A stretch of 62,475 nt of DNA, filler included, from Choristocarpus tenellus KU-1152 (lineage: Eukaryota; Protista; Phaeophyceae): the NCBI GenBank assembly GCA_964200185.2. It is 13 parts of 13 records of this genome, joined end to end, with 100 filler letters (N's around TTAATTAATTAA, not from the genome) between each part and the next. Parts side by side here need not be neighbours in the genome. Positions count along the whole stretch, not along the records: positions 1 to 3,199 come from CAXNAD020021598.1; positions 3,300 to 11,708 come from CAXNAD020004747.1; positions 11,809 to 14,872 come from CAXNAD020022576.1; 10 more parts are not named here. One strand, given 5' to 3'. The position numbers were made by a program, and so were the translations under genes. The stretch's first letter is position 1; each line of letters begins with the position of its first letter. This document shows, piece by piece, positions 1 to 11,853 of this stretch. The notes under the pieces were generated by a model. The model had not been told where the DNA came from, searched no databases, and worked only from the letters and a program-made list of their open reading frames with translations.

Positions 1-3
1 CCT

Positions 4-261
4 GAGCCAAAGTATCTTAGAGGGTGAGGTCACGTCCATTTGGGGACTAAAATCTAAAGTTGCGATTTTGATGAAATTTTGACTATTGTGTTTGTTTGGA
101 AGTGTCAATATCCTTGTACCAGACACACCTTTTCATAACATACACACTTTATCTACTCCGAAATAGTTTTGAGCAGGAAAATGTCACAAAAAAAACATGG
201 GAGGCTAAGCCCCAAATGGACAAACAGGGCAAAACTCGTACCCTCTAAGATACTTTCACTC
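4..261 (+). mobile_element. MITE, type A (about 260 bp) of the CAAAGTATCT-TIR family
   Basis: TIRs GAGCCAAAGTATCTTAGAGGGT ... ACCCTCTAAGATACTTTCACTC; internal sequence homologous to 4058-4317 and 31723-31986. Confidence 0.85.
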
Positions 262-335
262 GCCAAAGAAATTCACAAAACCCCCACGACCATGTCAGAG
301 GCAGTAGTGTGCACGGCACATGACACCTACATAAA

Positions 336-584
336 GAAGTACCTATCTTAAAGGTACCAGTTCTCCTATGTCCGTTTGGGGCTTGACTTCCCATGGGTTT
401 TTTACGACTTTTGACTGCTCCAAAATGATTAGGAGTAGGTAAAATGTGTACGTTATGAAAAGGTGTGTCCGAAACATAGATATTGACATTACCTAACACA
501 AACGATAGCCAAAATTACATCAACATCGCAAAATTGGATTTTGACCCCCAAGTGGACGCTCTACCCTCTAAGATACTCTGGCTC
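336..584 (-). mobile_element. MITE type A, degenerate reverse copy
   Basis: Reverse-complement homology to 4-261, ends ACCCTCTAAGATACTCTGGCTC. Confidence 0.75.
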
Positions 585-2520
585 CGGTGCGCTGTCTCAC
601 AGGACATCACGGATTTTGTAATCAAACTCGAGTGACTATTTGCCAATTTCATGAAGCTAAAGGAATCAAAGTCGGAAAATATGAAAAGAGCATCTATACT
701 GCTTGGCATCAAGGACGCCATACCACATGAGTTCATGCAATTGATAACATACCCTGGCATCAGGTATGAGGAGCTCAAACGGTAAATTATCTCTTCGACA
801 ACTTACCTCCACTCAGATCAAGATGGGTACGATGGGGTATTGGTGATGCACAGCGCTGTGAGGAACGGCCATGCTGAGAAGTCGACAGGATCAGTTGGAA
901 GCGGCCCCGAACCCAACCAATGTGAATACTGCTTGAAGACGAACCACAATTGGCAGAAGTATTACTCATACTTGGATAGCAATTCACCTGCAAAATGCCC
1001 ACCTGGGATGGTGCAACCTCTACCTGGTGCGAGCAGTAACAACAGACGTTCACCAAGGAACAGGGTCAACAGGAACCAAGCACACTCCTTTTCCACCTTC
1101 AAGGTGACAGCAGATGAGGAGGTTAACGAACGTGTGGTGCTCAACTCCTCCAATGGAAGGGGAGTCAAGATATTGTGCGACTCCGGAGCAAAGGTCGCCT
1201 TACAACTGATCGTGAAGACTGATGTAAGATAGTCAGGCTGACTATCTGCTCGGTAGCTCAGGGGTTTACTAATGTTTCAACAAAAGCTAATCCCGGGGAT
1301 CGCAAGCTGTTAGACTTGATGAGGTTTTTCCCGAGGGTTGCTATCCCTCTAATCAGTGACCAGCTTCGGCGGGGTATTTCCTAATGTTAGGTTGTGTATC
1401 CTGGCGGCGTGTTTAGCCTTTTGACGGATGTGTAACCATGGCGAGATTCGATCCCACGAAAATAGCGTTTGTTAGTACACTAGTAAACCCCTGTGTAACC
1501 ATGGCGAGCTCGGGAGGTCAGTAAATTCCAAAGGATGCTGGCGAACAACAGTACCAGATGGAGGAAGTCTCCACCTAGAACACCATAGAGCAACGGGATC
1601 GCGGAATGGCAATAAAACAACCCATGGGAGCAGCAAGGAGTCAGCTGGTGAAGACTGACTTGGGCGATGAGTACTAGTTCTATGCCATCATGTACATCTC
1701 CTTCGAAACTTGAGGAGTGCCACATGAATACCTGGGAGGAGAAACACCATGTTAGCGTCTGACGAGCAAAACCTTCAACTGTGATAGGCTTCGGGCCTGG
1801 GGGAGTGAGTGCTACGTTCACCAAGAGAAACAGCAGAGCGGAGCTGGTTCAAAGTTTCACCTGTACACTAAGCGAGGGATCATCATGGGACACGATGACA
1901 CATCACTTTGTTGGTACATCGGGCTTCGTCAAGGAGACAAGTTGGCGGCCTCAGTCCAAGTGATGTCCGAGCCAGATGAACACACCATGTACTTCATGGG
2001 GGAGCAAGAGACCATGACTTGGACCGACAGGTCACCAGGAACCATCAACTGTCTCAGAAGCCCTTGCAGGGCCTGATGCAGAGCACTGGTAGGATGGCGC
2101 AGGAAATGGAGGGCCAACGAGGCAAAGGAACCTTCCATGATGAAGAGAGTCTACCACCGGGGAGGGAACCCGTCAAAACCAAATTTATCTTCAAGATAGA
2201 AAGGACGGCCGATGGAGATGTCGAAAGATTCAAGGCCAGTCAGGTGGCACGGGGTTTTTCCCAACAAGAAGGGGTCCACTACTTCAGCCGTTCAGTCCAG
2301 TAGTGGGGTTTGATGTCATTCGGGCAGACCTTGCTACAGCAGCCAACAGGAACTGGGCCATCAACTCCCTAGACTTCACTAAAGTCTACCTGAACGCATC
2401 ACCCCGTGAGGATGTATGGCTACAACGGCCCAACGGGTCCATTGTAAAAGCTACCAGGACCATCTATGACCTCAAGAAATCAGCAATGGAATGGTACTAT
2501 TACAGCGCACCCCAGAACTC
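585..2520 (+). mobile_element. Decayed Ty1/Copia LTR retrotransposon (gag, zinc knuckle, protease, integrase and RT fragments)
   Basis: CEYCLKTNHNWQK knuckle, KILCDSGA protease motif, integrase segment 1500-1960 homologous to 29260-29720, RT motif KTKFIFKIERTADGDVERFKASQVARGFSQQEG; many stops and frameshifts. Confidence 0.85.
1259..1493. mobile_element. Small TIR element (CAGGGG...CCCCTG termini, hAT-like MITE) inside the Copia relic
   Basis: CAGGGGTTTACTAATGTTTCAACAAAAGCTA versus reverse complement CAGGGGTTTACTAGTGTACTAACAAACGCTA; about 45-bp imperfect TIR; no TSD visible. Confidence 0.65.
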
Positions 2521-3079
2521 ACCTCCACAGGATGTGTAACTCAAATCCAACGACCTTAAAAGGACGCTATGGGGACGTTGCCCTTGGTAACAGTTTGTTG
2601 GGTGTTAGGCAGCCTTTTCTCTCAATACTCCACTCAGTGCGTAGCTCAAAGCTCGACTCAATGTTAAGTTCAAGATCAAATAAACTGATTAAGGGGGGTA
2701 ATGGTTTTGACCAAAACCCCTCTTATTAATTTCATCATCCACCCAATTTTTTTTCTCTTCTATGTAACTTCTCTATACGTACTCCAATCATAAATCTTTA
2801 TTCTGCAACTTCTTAGGAACTTTAACATTTTCTTCTGTAATGTTACGCATGCATTACAAATCTTATTCTGTATCTTCTACGCAATCGGCATTTTTTCTGT
2901 AAGGCTACCAATGTGTTACTAATCTCGTATATTTTATTATTATGCCCTCTGACATTTTGCAAATGTGTCAGGGGGGAATATTGTTCGCGATTGTTAGAAC
3001 GTGAGAAACAATGCTCGCACTATTCGCCTTTAACAAATGTTCATTTTTGCTAAAACATGAGAAGAAATGCTCGCGCTAT

Positions 3080-3199
3080 GACCCAACGTATCTGGGGGGG
3101 GGGGTATATGTGTCTAAACCAGGGTGTCAATTTGGGTCAAAATCAGGAAAAGTGCATTTACCTTATCCAACGGACGTATGCAACCAAATCACCCAAAAA
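3080..3199 (+). mobile_element. MITE type B, partial, at contig end
   Basis: GACCCAACGTATCT-G-run, homologous to 32717-32890 and to the reverse of 34725-34906. Confidence 0.8.
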
Positions 3200-3299
3200 N
3201 NNNNNNNNNNNNNNNNNNNNNNNNNNNNNNNNNNNNNNNNNNNTTAATTAATTAANNNNNNNNNNNNNNNNNNNNNNNNNNNNNNNNNNNNNNNNNNNN
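3200..3299. other. Artificial contig linker; also at 11709-11808, 14873-14972, 18893-18992, 21529-21628, 24733-24832, 28222-28321, 31146-31245, 41862-41961, 51796-51895, 55743-55842, 59515-59614
   Basis: Identical 44N-TTAATTAATTAA-44N (stops in all six frames) 12 times; distinct 10-N gaps occur at 35979-35988 and 62049-62058. Confidence 0.97.
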
Positions 3300-3369
3300 C
3301 CCCGATCAACCTGTATGTACTAACCCTCATCTCCTGCGATTTTACGGGTCCTCTTTTCCACCCCATCAG

Positions 3370-6300
3370 GAGCAAGTTTGCTACAATAACTGCCGCACGG
3401 ATCCAGGAGCTTGGGAAGATGCTCGTAGCGGCGGTGCAGCTGGAGTTGTTTCACATGTTGGACGAGATATGCGTGGCGGCGGATGTGGAAAATGAACTGT
3501 TTGACGATCTCTGCTGCGATGCGATCCAGACCGGTGCTTTGGAGGGGTTTGTGTTCCTCACGCTTGAGGTCCTGCTCTCCCCGGGGTCGGGCTACAAACG
3601 CCTCATACAGATTCGCAAGGACCAGGTGAGAGCGCGATTTGGAAGAGAGAGGGACACGCCACCACACTTGCTGGTTTGACTTTCGATGCGACAAACACGT
3701 TGTGACTTGGATGTGGTATGTGCGTGGTGTAGGGGGTAGTTAGTTGGTGTGTGTGTGCCCTTTTACCCATTGCGCTGATTTTTTAGTTTTTTTAAGATAA
3801 TGAGAAGTTTTTGGGGGTTTTTTGTAAGTGCTTACGAGGTCGTGTGCGTTGTCTGCGTTTGTGAGTTGATCCTATGTCATAGACAAGGTAGTTGGGTTGG
3901 GGTTTTTTTGTAATTGAGAGTTATTAAATGAGGCGTCGCCAAAGCGCCGCTTCGATTGTCTTTTGGGCTGTGATTGTTGTCGTGTGTTGATTGGTTGGTG
4001 GCGGTATGGAATAAGTAAAAAACGATAAAATTGGGGTAGTTTTTTTAATTCTTATGTGACCCAAAGTATCTTAAGCGAGTAGAGCCGCGTCCTTTTGGGG
4101 GCCAAGATCCAATGTTGCAATTTTGATGTAATTTTGGCTATCATGTTTGTTAAGAGATGTCAGTATCTTTGTTCTGGACACTCCTTTTCAGAATGTGTGC
4201 ATTTTACCTACTCCGAAACATTTTGGAGTAGGTAAAATGTAATGAAATACACGTGGGAAGCCAAGCCCCAAATGGACAACCAGCAAAAAACTCATACCCT
4301 CTAAGATACTTTCACTCATGTGGTTAGCGTTGAGAGGTTCGGTAATCATGGGTTGGACAGGTGATTGAGGACAAACCGTATATTAGTGTAGTTGCGAGTT
4401 GCTATAGTTGTCAATGCTCTAAAAAAAACTCAAGAAGAGTTGAACATACATTTATATACGTTATATAAATGTATATATATTGATTACTGTATTGATCTAT
4501 CCATGTGTAGAGGCACCCATATTCTGAATAGGTTCTTCAATGTTCTCAGAACCCCGTCAGAAGTTCGTTGCACAACTAATCAGCACACAGCAACGTCACG
4601 CTAGACCCACACTAATGTCAAGTCATACTCAAAGGTGTTGACTGAGTTTATATAGTCGTCCCGGACACACACTAACTGCTTTTAAGAAGTGGACTGATTA
4701 AGGTGTATTGAAGAAAGAACAGCCACAACGGTGGGGTGGTACATGCCTTGTTTGAAGGGAGTTGTGTACTAGAGCTATGGGAAGGGGAAGGGGGGGAAGG
4801 GGAAGAGCTTTTGTCACATGTTGATGGTTCTCTGTTGCCCCATGAATTATTCCTTTTGGCTGTGAAAAGGTCGTGGAGTTTTTTTTTGTGACAGAGAGGA
4901 GAATCGGGAGGTAGCTTACAATTTTCAGGCGTTCTACTACCGACTTTCTTTTTTTTTTCCAAGGACGAAGTTGTTTCTAGCAGTTTCTCTGTGTCCTCGT
5001 TGTTTGTGACTCGAATGTGGTTGATTGTATGCCAGTGTTCCTCTGCGGGGAGGGGCAGGGGTGGGGAGGCTTCTATGGCGTTTCTTTTTCTTTTCTTTTC
5101 TTTTTTTTATAGTGTCGTGGTGGGGTGCCAGCCTATCGTCTGTGAGTGTATTGTTATTGAAATCTGATCCGATTTTTCTCCCCAATAGTGGTAGTAGTGG
5201 CCTTTTTGTGGTGGGTTTTTGTTGTTCCGTTTGATTTTTGATCATTGTACGATTCGGAAGGGACATGGTGGGTTTGGGGGATAAGTCAACCCAAGGGAAA
5301 CGACGTCTTCATTCGTCCTTGACCTGTAGCTTCCCTCAATTGCAATGGAGTGTGTGTGTGTGTGTGTGTTCTGGAGTGATCATGATTCTGTGCTTTGGCA
5401 CATTGTACTCCTTGATTGGTGTTGCGGAGAGAGGGATGTGTCCCTTAATTCCTTTGCTTTAATGGGACCTTCCTCTCACTCTCTCTCTATATATATATAC
5501 ATATATGTAAAAAAAAATTCTGCAGTGTCTCTAGATGTACTTGGTTCAGAATTCAGTTTTGTTGAGCTATGCCACACAGCAGGACAAGTGCACCATTACC
5601 GCATGCTTTTGTGATGTGTACAGATTGGTTGTTTGACGCAGGTACATCCACCGCAGGCATAACCCAAGTTTGAGCTTGCTGTATCCTGTACCCCCCCCCC
5701 AACCCCCATCCCAACCCTTCCTATCTCCCCCTTTGCTTTCGTAGTAAACTGAGGAATGATAACACCCCGATGCCTTATTTTTTTGCCTTTGTGCCAGATG
5801 GTTGAATCCATAGCGAGCAAGGCGGGACTGAGCGAGCTGGCCGGTTACGACTGCCACACTCCCCTATCACCAGACGAACTTGACGTCTCAGGCAAAAGTG
5901 CCAGTGAGTTGCTTTTTTTTAGCAGTGTTGGTTGTGGGAATGTAGTCTGAGTTGTGCATCAGTGAGTAACTCCACGCTCATCTACCGGTAAAAAGAGCCC
6001 TTTTTATCGATTAGACTACTTTGTGTTCGCAGGTACAGCAGGTACTTGACTTTTGTACCTGGGGGGGGGGGGGGGGGGGGGTCCACATGTGTCGAGAACA
6101 GGTCCTCAGCGCTATGTCGTTTTTACGTATGGTTTGAAGAGACGAAGATCTGCCGATGGTAACCAGCTGGTCGTTGGGTTGATCGGAGCGCATAAAATTT
6201 TCTGTTTCTTTTTTCAAAGGTTGTCTGGGTTGCCCAAGAGCTTTTTGTCGCTGGCTCTGTGGCGAACCTTTGATAAGCGAGAAGTGTCCTCAGGAGTGCA

Positions 6301-8021
6301 GACGGTTTTGCTCTTGAGTGGAATGACCCTCGCTGACTATGTGTTATTCCCGGGAAAAAAAAAAAAAGATTGATGCCCTTGTTACGTGTTTTAGGAAACC
6401 CCATGTCGCCCTGCCTGTGCTCTGCACTATACATACCCCACCAAGACAAGAGAGGTAGGCTCCATTCCCACCCACTACCTACCTACCACTATCCATTTGA
6501 CCCTACCCATGCCTTCCTCCCACCCCCTACCCATGCCCCAAATCCCCCCATCGACCTTTTTTTTATTTTCTCTTTGAAGATGGGGATCCAGGGGACAAAC
6601 GCCGATTGTTTGGCTCGGAGTCTTCGTTGCATTCCATGGCCTCTGGTGGTCTCGCTGTCGTCAGTCATGGCAACAACAGCCGCAGGGCAAGCTTCAATGG
6701 GGGAGATGTGGGGGAAGGAACCGTGGTGGAACGGACGCTGGGCGCCAAGACCAACACCGCTCGCATGCGTGACCTTTTGAGCAGCATTGATGGCCTTGCA
6801 ACAGACGTAGCAGCATCAGAGGCCAGCATTTCCGCATTGACTGCCCTGCCCCCTCTTTCACCTCACATATCAAGCCACCAACTGCACCAACTCATGTCCC
6901 CGCCCCCCATGATCAGCAGTAGTGGCTTTTTGCGCAGTGGAAGTATGGGGTCTGGTGAGGTGGGCGCAGGACCATCCAGTGGTGGTCGGAGTGCCCCAGG
7001 GCTGTCTATTGCATCCACCTTGTCTGCAGAGTCAGAGGGATCTAAGGCCGAAGTTGAACAGGCAGCTTTTTTCCCCACGGAAGGGGATGATGGGATTACT
7101 TATGTGGCATCCCCATCACCAGAACAAGCCGCTGCGGGTGGGGGTCCCGGGGACCCGCTTTTGTCAGAGGTGGATTGGCTCATGGCGGAGACGATGGCTG
7201 CCTTGGGTCCAGCTGAGAGTGGTAATGGAGGGGCGCAGGGTCCTGGCGTGATGCTTGAAGATGTCAACATCAACAGCGATGAGGATGGGGCAGGAAGTGC
7301 TTCGAAGGACACAGAAGGAGGGTTTGCTACAGCAGAAAATGGTCAAGGGGAGGTGACCGAAGGGGGACTGGAAAAGGACGTGTCAGAGGAGGAGGCAGAT
7401 GGGGGTAGTGTTGATAAGGCTGTGACTGCTCCTGCGACTGAGCCAATGATGAGTGAGGGAGTATTTGTCTCGGGGGAGATTGACCGTAGGTCGGAAGAGG
7501 TGGAGCCGGAGGCAAACGGTGGGAGTGAAGGTTTGATCGCAGGAGAAGAGGAGGTGGTGGAGGCGAGACACAAGGATATTGTCTCCATTGTGACGATTGA
7601 TGCCGAAACATGTCCTGAAGAGAGCAACAACCAGGCATCTGCTGACATCTTGGAGGTGTCTAAGGTGTTGGTGGAGACCGAGGGTATATCTGAGGAGTCA
7701 AAGGCGGAGAAGTTAGAAGCTGCTCCTGCATGGGATATTCCTGGGAATGTTGTAGTAGCAGATCACATTATCGTACAAAACCAAGAGGACAATGACAGCA
7801 CTGTTGTTGAGGGTGCACCTGTTACTGGCCAAGGGGCTGTGGTGGAGGTTCGTAAGGAGTCCAATCAAGAGTTGGAGGTAGAGACACCAATGAAGGAGGT
7901 GGAAACCCGGACTGAGGAAGATGAGGACGTTGTCATCACAGGTGACAACAAGAAGGTCGATAATGGACTGCCTGAAGTTGGCGAAGTTAGTGACGAAGGA
8001 TCAGATATAAATGAGCAGTAA
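3370..8021 (+). CDS. 3' part of a multi-exon gene, unknown protein with long acidic low-complexity C-terminus
   Basis: Exons 3370-3625 (SKFATITAARIQELGKMLVAAVQLELF...IRKDQ), 5798-5903 (MVESIASKAG...), 6580-8021; canonical AG/GT sites with matching phases (0, 1). Confidence 0.8.
4058..4317 (+). mobile_element. MITE type A, full length, intronic, 4-bp TSD ATGT
   Basis: ATGT-GACCCAAAGTATCTT...AAGATACTTTCACTC-ATGT. Confidence 0.9.
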
Positions 8022-9477
8022 ACTGGGGGCAACATGGAAGATGATGCTGTCAACGCAGCACAGCCCATGGTGAAGCTGTTCCTAAAAATGTAACTGGAAG
8101 TGAAGGAACGAAAAGGAGCTTCTAGGCGCCACCTTGACAACCACATTTGAGTGGAGTTGGTAGAGGATAAGGAGAATCAACTCACAAGGGAAATGAGTTG
8201 TCGTAGCTATGAATTATTGTCTGGCAACATGCATAAAAGGACTTATCAGGGAAGAGAGGGAGGAGGAAGGGGCTTGGGGGAAAGGTCTTGGATGGAATGT
8301 GTCAACATTAGTGTTTTCCTGTGATGTACTCGTCTGCTATTGTCCCCAGGCACACGCCCCTTGGTGGCCTGTTGTTGTAGGGGATGATGACTGGAAGAAG
8401 AGCAGGCAAGGGGGAAAATATCATGTATGTCACGGGTGAGTAAAGGAAGAAAATGGATAGGGCGTTGTGATGTACAGAGCCGCAGATGAATGCTTAATGG
8501 AGGACGTGAAATGTGAAGTTGGTGCTACTATTTATCATTGTGGTACTGTAGGAGTTGGCCAGAACGCCCGTTTTGGTTTGTGTCAGTAGCAAAGAAAGGT
8601 TACGTGGTGCATTGCTTGCAGTCTTTGAAGCTGTTGAGAGGTAGAGAAGAAGCGCTGGCCACGCCCCCCCCTAATTAGGCATTGTGTGTCTGTCTTGTTC
8701 CTCCTGCATGTGGCAGTGGCTTTGTAAAAGGTGGTTTGTGCAAGTGTAACATAGCCGATCCTGGTTTGTTCTCTTTGCTTGGTGCTTCAGGATCAAAATT
8801 TTAGTTTCACATTCTGTGGTGCATGAGGGCTTGGTGGAAAAATCACAGATGTGTAGTAGTTAATGTGGTCGATGGTACGGGAGTTATGCAAGGAATACTT
8901 CAGCCAGCCCCCACCCCCACCTCATTTGTGGTCTCTGTGAGTGGGTTGTGTTTTATGGAGTATGAATGGTTTTGTGTACGTCTCATTTTCTTATGGATTT
9001 ATGTGAGTGCTGTTGGAACAGGATAAGAAGGCAGGATATACTTTTGAACTGACTTTAGCTGAGATTGTGCTGTAAAATACAATGTGAGCATGATGAAGCA
9101 GAGAGACGAAGAGAGGGATCGTAAGTCATTGGGATATTGAGATCTAGGGTATTGGTAGAAGATTTGTTTCAGCATATTATGGTACCCCACCTGCTCCCAT
9201 ACAACTAAAAGTACGTATCTGCCACTTAACTGTTGGCAGACAGAGAAAGTAATAATACTGGAAGAAGTTTACTGAGCCCAGTGCAAGCACTGGAGTTTTT
9301 TTTTCTATCACACCTACACCTTTGAGGTAGCGCACACAGTGAGTTGAGGGGAACAACCTAGTTTTGGAGGAATCAATGTTCTACTTACCGCTAAGAATCT
9401 CTCAAAAAATCAATTAATACCTCCAAATTTAGAGCCAGGAACTATTTCAATGTGGTTGCACTGTATAAATTGTTGAG

Positions 9478-10665
9478 TTACTGTGGTATGGCCTTGCCTG
9501 ACGAATCCGTCTTTTTGTCTGTCATAATAGGGCACTGAAAATCTTGGTCAAGGGCAGAGAGGACAACCTGAAGCTCGTCCACGAAAGGATACCTCGTTGG
9601 CCCTCCTCCATGGGTGGCATTGTATAGCAGATTGGATTTCCTTTGCTCCAACGCCACAGTACTCCCCTTGTATTTCTTCCTTCGCATGGCTTCAGGGGAA
9701 AGGAAAGCATCGGCTACTTTGCCTGGCAGTCCTTTTCCATTCAAATTTGGACGGGGGGTGATGAATTCGGCAAGTCTTGCCACTGCAGAAGGGTCGCCAG
9801 CCTCTCCAATCACCCGGAAGCACATGATAAAAGCCGGATCTACCATAGCAAGTTGATTTCGTAGGGTGAATGCATTTGCAACGAGGCTCCTACCATGGTG
9901 CATGTACGTGCCGAAACCTCGGTTGACGACTGTCGAAGATAAGATGCCCTCAGCGTTACGGGTAAGGTATACGATCCTGAGATCTAAGTCAGCATCCTCC
10001 GCTAGCTCTGCCAAATGGCGCAAGTTTGGGTGCTGCGTGGGGAAATGCGTCTCACCCAAGGGGTACGACATCATGCCACTTGAGCAGTTGGTCAGGCAAT
10101 TAAGTGGTAGGACGAGGCCCTCTCCTGGTGCCAAGTCCTGCTCTCGCTTCTTGGCTGCCCTGAGGTGATTTCGTACGTTGGCGAGTGCATTACCGAAGTT
10201 CACGACAGACTCGGCAGCACCCATCCTAGGATAAAAAGACTTCGAAAGTGAACAGGAAGACTCACACGAGCCCCATTGAACACACAAACCTAGCGCCTGA
10301 TAGAAGTAGTGATGGCCTGTTCCTTCCAATCCCGCTACAAAGACGAGCCTATGCTTGTCGCTGAACACCGTTTTGCGTACTATTTTCTCTCTCCACCCTC
10401 CTTCTCGATCCGATGCAACGCTGTATTTTTCCTCTTCACTCAATACGTCTCCATATAATCTCGTTCTGGCCTGTGGAAACTTTGCTTCCAACCATTCGTC
10501 CCAGGTCAATGCCAGTGGTGACAGGGGAAGGGACCGGCGTTGCGGCCATTCAAAAAAACACAGAAGATAAGTCAAAGCGACTGAAGCTCCAACTAGCACG
10601 TATTTAGCCACTCTTAATCGAAGCGCTTGTTGCTTTAATGGCGAACACAATCCCTTGTCCACCAT
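9478..10665 (-). CDS. Intronless type II membrane sulfotransferase-like protein (395 aa)
   Basis: ATG start; N-terminal TM segment YVLVGASVALTYLLCFF; PSB-loop-like RLVFVAGLEGTGHH; 3'-PB-like LRIVYLTRNAEGILSS. Confidence 0.7.
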   Translation of the reverse strand: MVDKGLCSPLKQQALRLRVAKYVLVGASVALTYLLCFFEWPQRRSLPLSPLALTWDEWLEAKFPQARTRLYGDVLSEEEKYSVASDREGGWREKIVRKTVFSDKHRLVFVAGLEGTGHHYFYQALGLCVQWGSCESSCSLSKSFYPRMGAAESVVNFGNALANVRNHLRAAKKREQDLAPGEGLVLPLNCLTNCSSGMMSYPLGETHFPTQHPNLRHLAELAEDADLDLRIVYLTRNAEGILSSTVVNRGFGTYMHHGRSLVANAFTLRNQLAMVDPAFIMCFRVIGEAGDPSAVARLAEFITPRPNLNGKGLPGKVADAFLSPEAMRRKKYKGSTVALEQRKSNLLYNATHGGGPTRYPFVDELQVVLSALDQDFQCPIMTDKKTDSSGKAIPQ

Positions 10666-10850
10666 ACTTCGGTTGTTGTTAGAGATTGATTTCGTTCTTG
10701 TTTGTGATTCGTGATAAAATCATATTTTGAATTGGGGTTGGTGACCAGAAGGCGTTATGGTCGTTTCACCTTTCCACATTCCAAACCACAACACCATACC
10801 AATACCTAATACAGAATACAGAATACTGATTCTTTTGTCGAAGGTTGACC
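10666..10850. promoter_or_regulatory. Putative bidirectional promoter / 5' UTR region
   Basis: Only 185 bp between divergent ATGs at 10665 (-) and 10851 (+). Confidence 0.5.
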
Positions 10851-11557
10851 ATGGCAAGCAATGGGTCACTACTTGTTATGCCCATGATAATTATCAATAT
10901 GGGTGGTGAGATGGTGAACATACTCCAGCAGAGACTCGATGCTCAGCATGTCCCATGCGATAAGGCTATGGTTGTCATACAGGATGTGATCAGTACAATG
11001 TTTTCCTCGAAGGTCTGCTCTTGTACCTCTCTCCCCCTCCCTCTCTACTCCTCCAAGTACTCGCTTCACTTTGTTTTGATCCTCATCGACGATATAGGAA
11101 CGAGTAAAATGGTCACGTGGAGCTTTTTAAAGGTAACTTATGTTATTCACTAGCGTGTTTGTGGCAAATAACTGATTCCAAATCCTCCGCAGTTTGTGGA
11201 GGAGTTGTTCAAGCCCCAGGACATGTACGACAATGGCACCACAAAACATATCTTTCGCAAGGTGGGTACTAGATATGCCTTCAGTTTAATTAAAAAGAGA
11301 TAAATTGTTGGGCTTCTGGTGACCTGAGGATGTTCGTCTAGTCCCGACTCTAGCCAGATGATGGCCTTCCTCAGATTCTGACAGCACTGCTATTTGTGAT
11401 TTCAACCCTCTTCATTTTCTTCTGAAATTGATGCTCTTCTCTGGACTCTTCACGATCTGGTCTGGTGTCCTAGCTAGCACATTCTTCAATAATGCGCCTG
11501 AACGACACCAGCATGGACAAGTTGTACGATCTCATGTCAATGGGATGCAAATACCAG
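10851..11557 (+). CDS. OSCP1: OSCP1 (organic solute carrier partner 1) homologue, first three exons, truncated by contig end
   Basis: Exons 10851-11012, 11193-11261, 11474-11557 splice to ...INMGGEMVNILQQRLDAQ...STMFSSK-FVEELFKPQDMY...IFRK-LAHSSIMRLNDTSMDKLYDLMSMGCKYQ, the Oscp1 family signature. Confidence 0.93.
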
Positions 11558-11664
11558 GTGGGTGAAATACATGAACCGCCCTTCCTTCCTGCCCATCGAA
11601 GTGCTGAAGATGCAGACAATAGGATGTGTACTACTTTCCAAAGATTAACCAAGAACCTACTCAA

Positions 11665-11853
11665 GGGTCAAAGTATCTTGGGGGGGGGGGGAGGGTCTAT
11701 GCCAGGGTNNNNNNNNNNNNNNNNNNNNNNNNNNNNNNNNNNNNNNNNNNNNTTAATTAATTAANNNNNNNNNNNNNNNNNNNNNNNNNNNNNNNNNNNN
11801 NNNNNNNNGACACCCTGGTGTAGCCCCCCCCCCCCTCCCAGATACTTTGGGTC
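11665..11853. mobile_element. Two partial MITE type B ends flanking a linker (11665-11708, 11809-11853)
   Basis: GGGTCAAAGTATCTTG-G-run and C-run-AGATACTTTGGGTC; both are the same end of the element, so the join is not colinear. Confidence 0.75.

Noticed and set aside
2981-3079. LEHEKKY-like peptide resembling Gypsy RNase H (also about 32490-32540)
   Set aside because: Better explained as a short non-coding tandem/dispersed repeat with no flanking pol motifs
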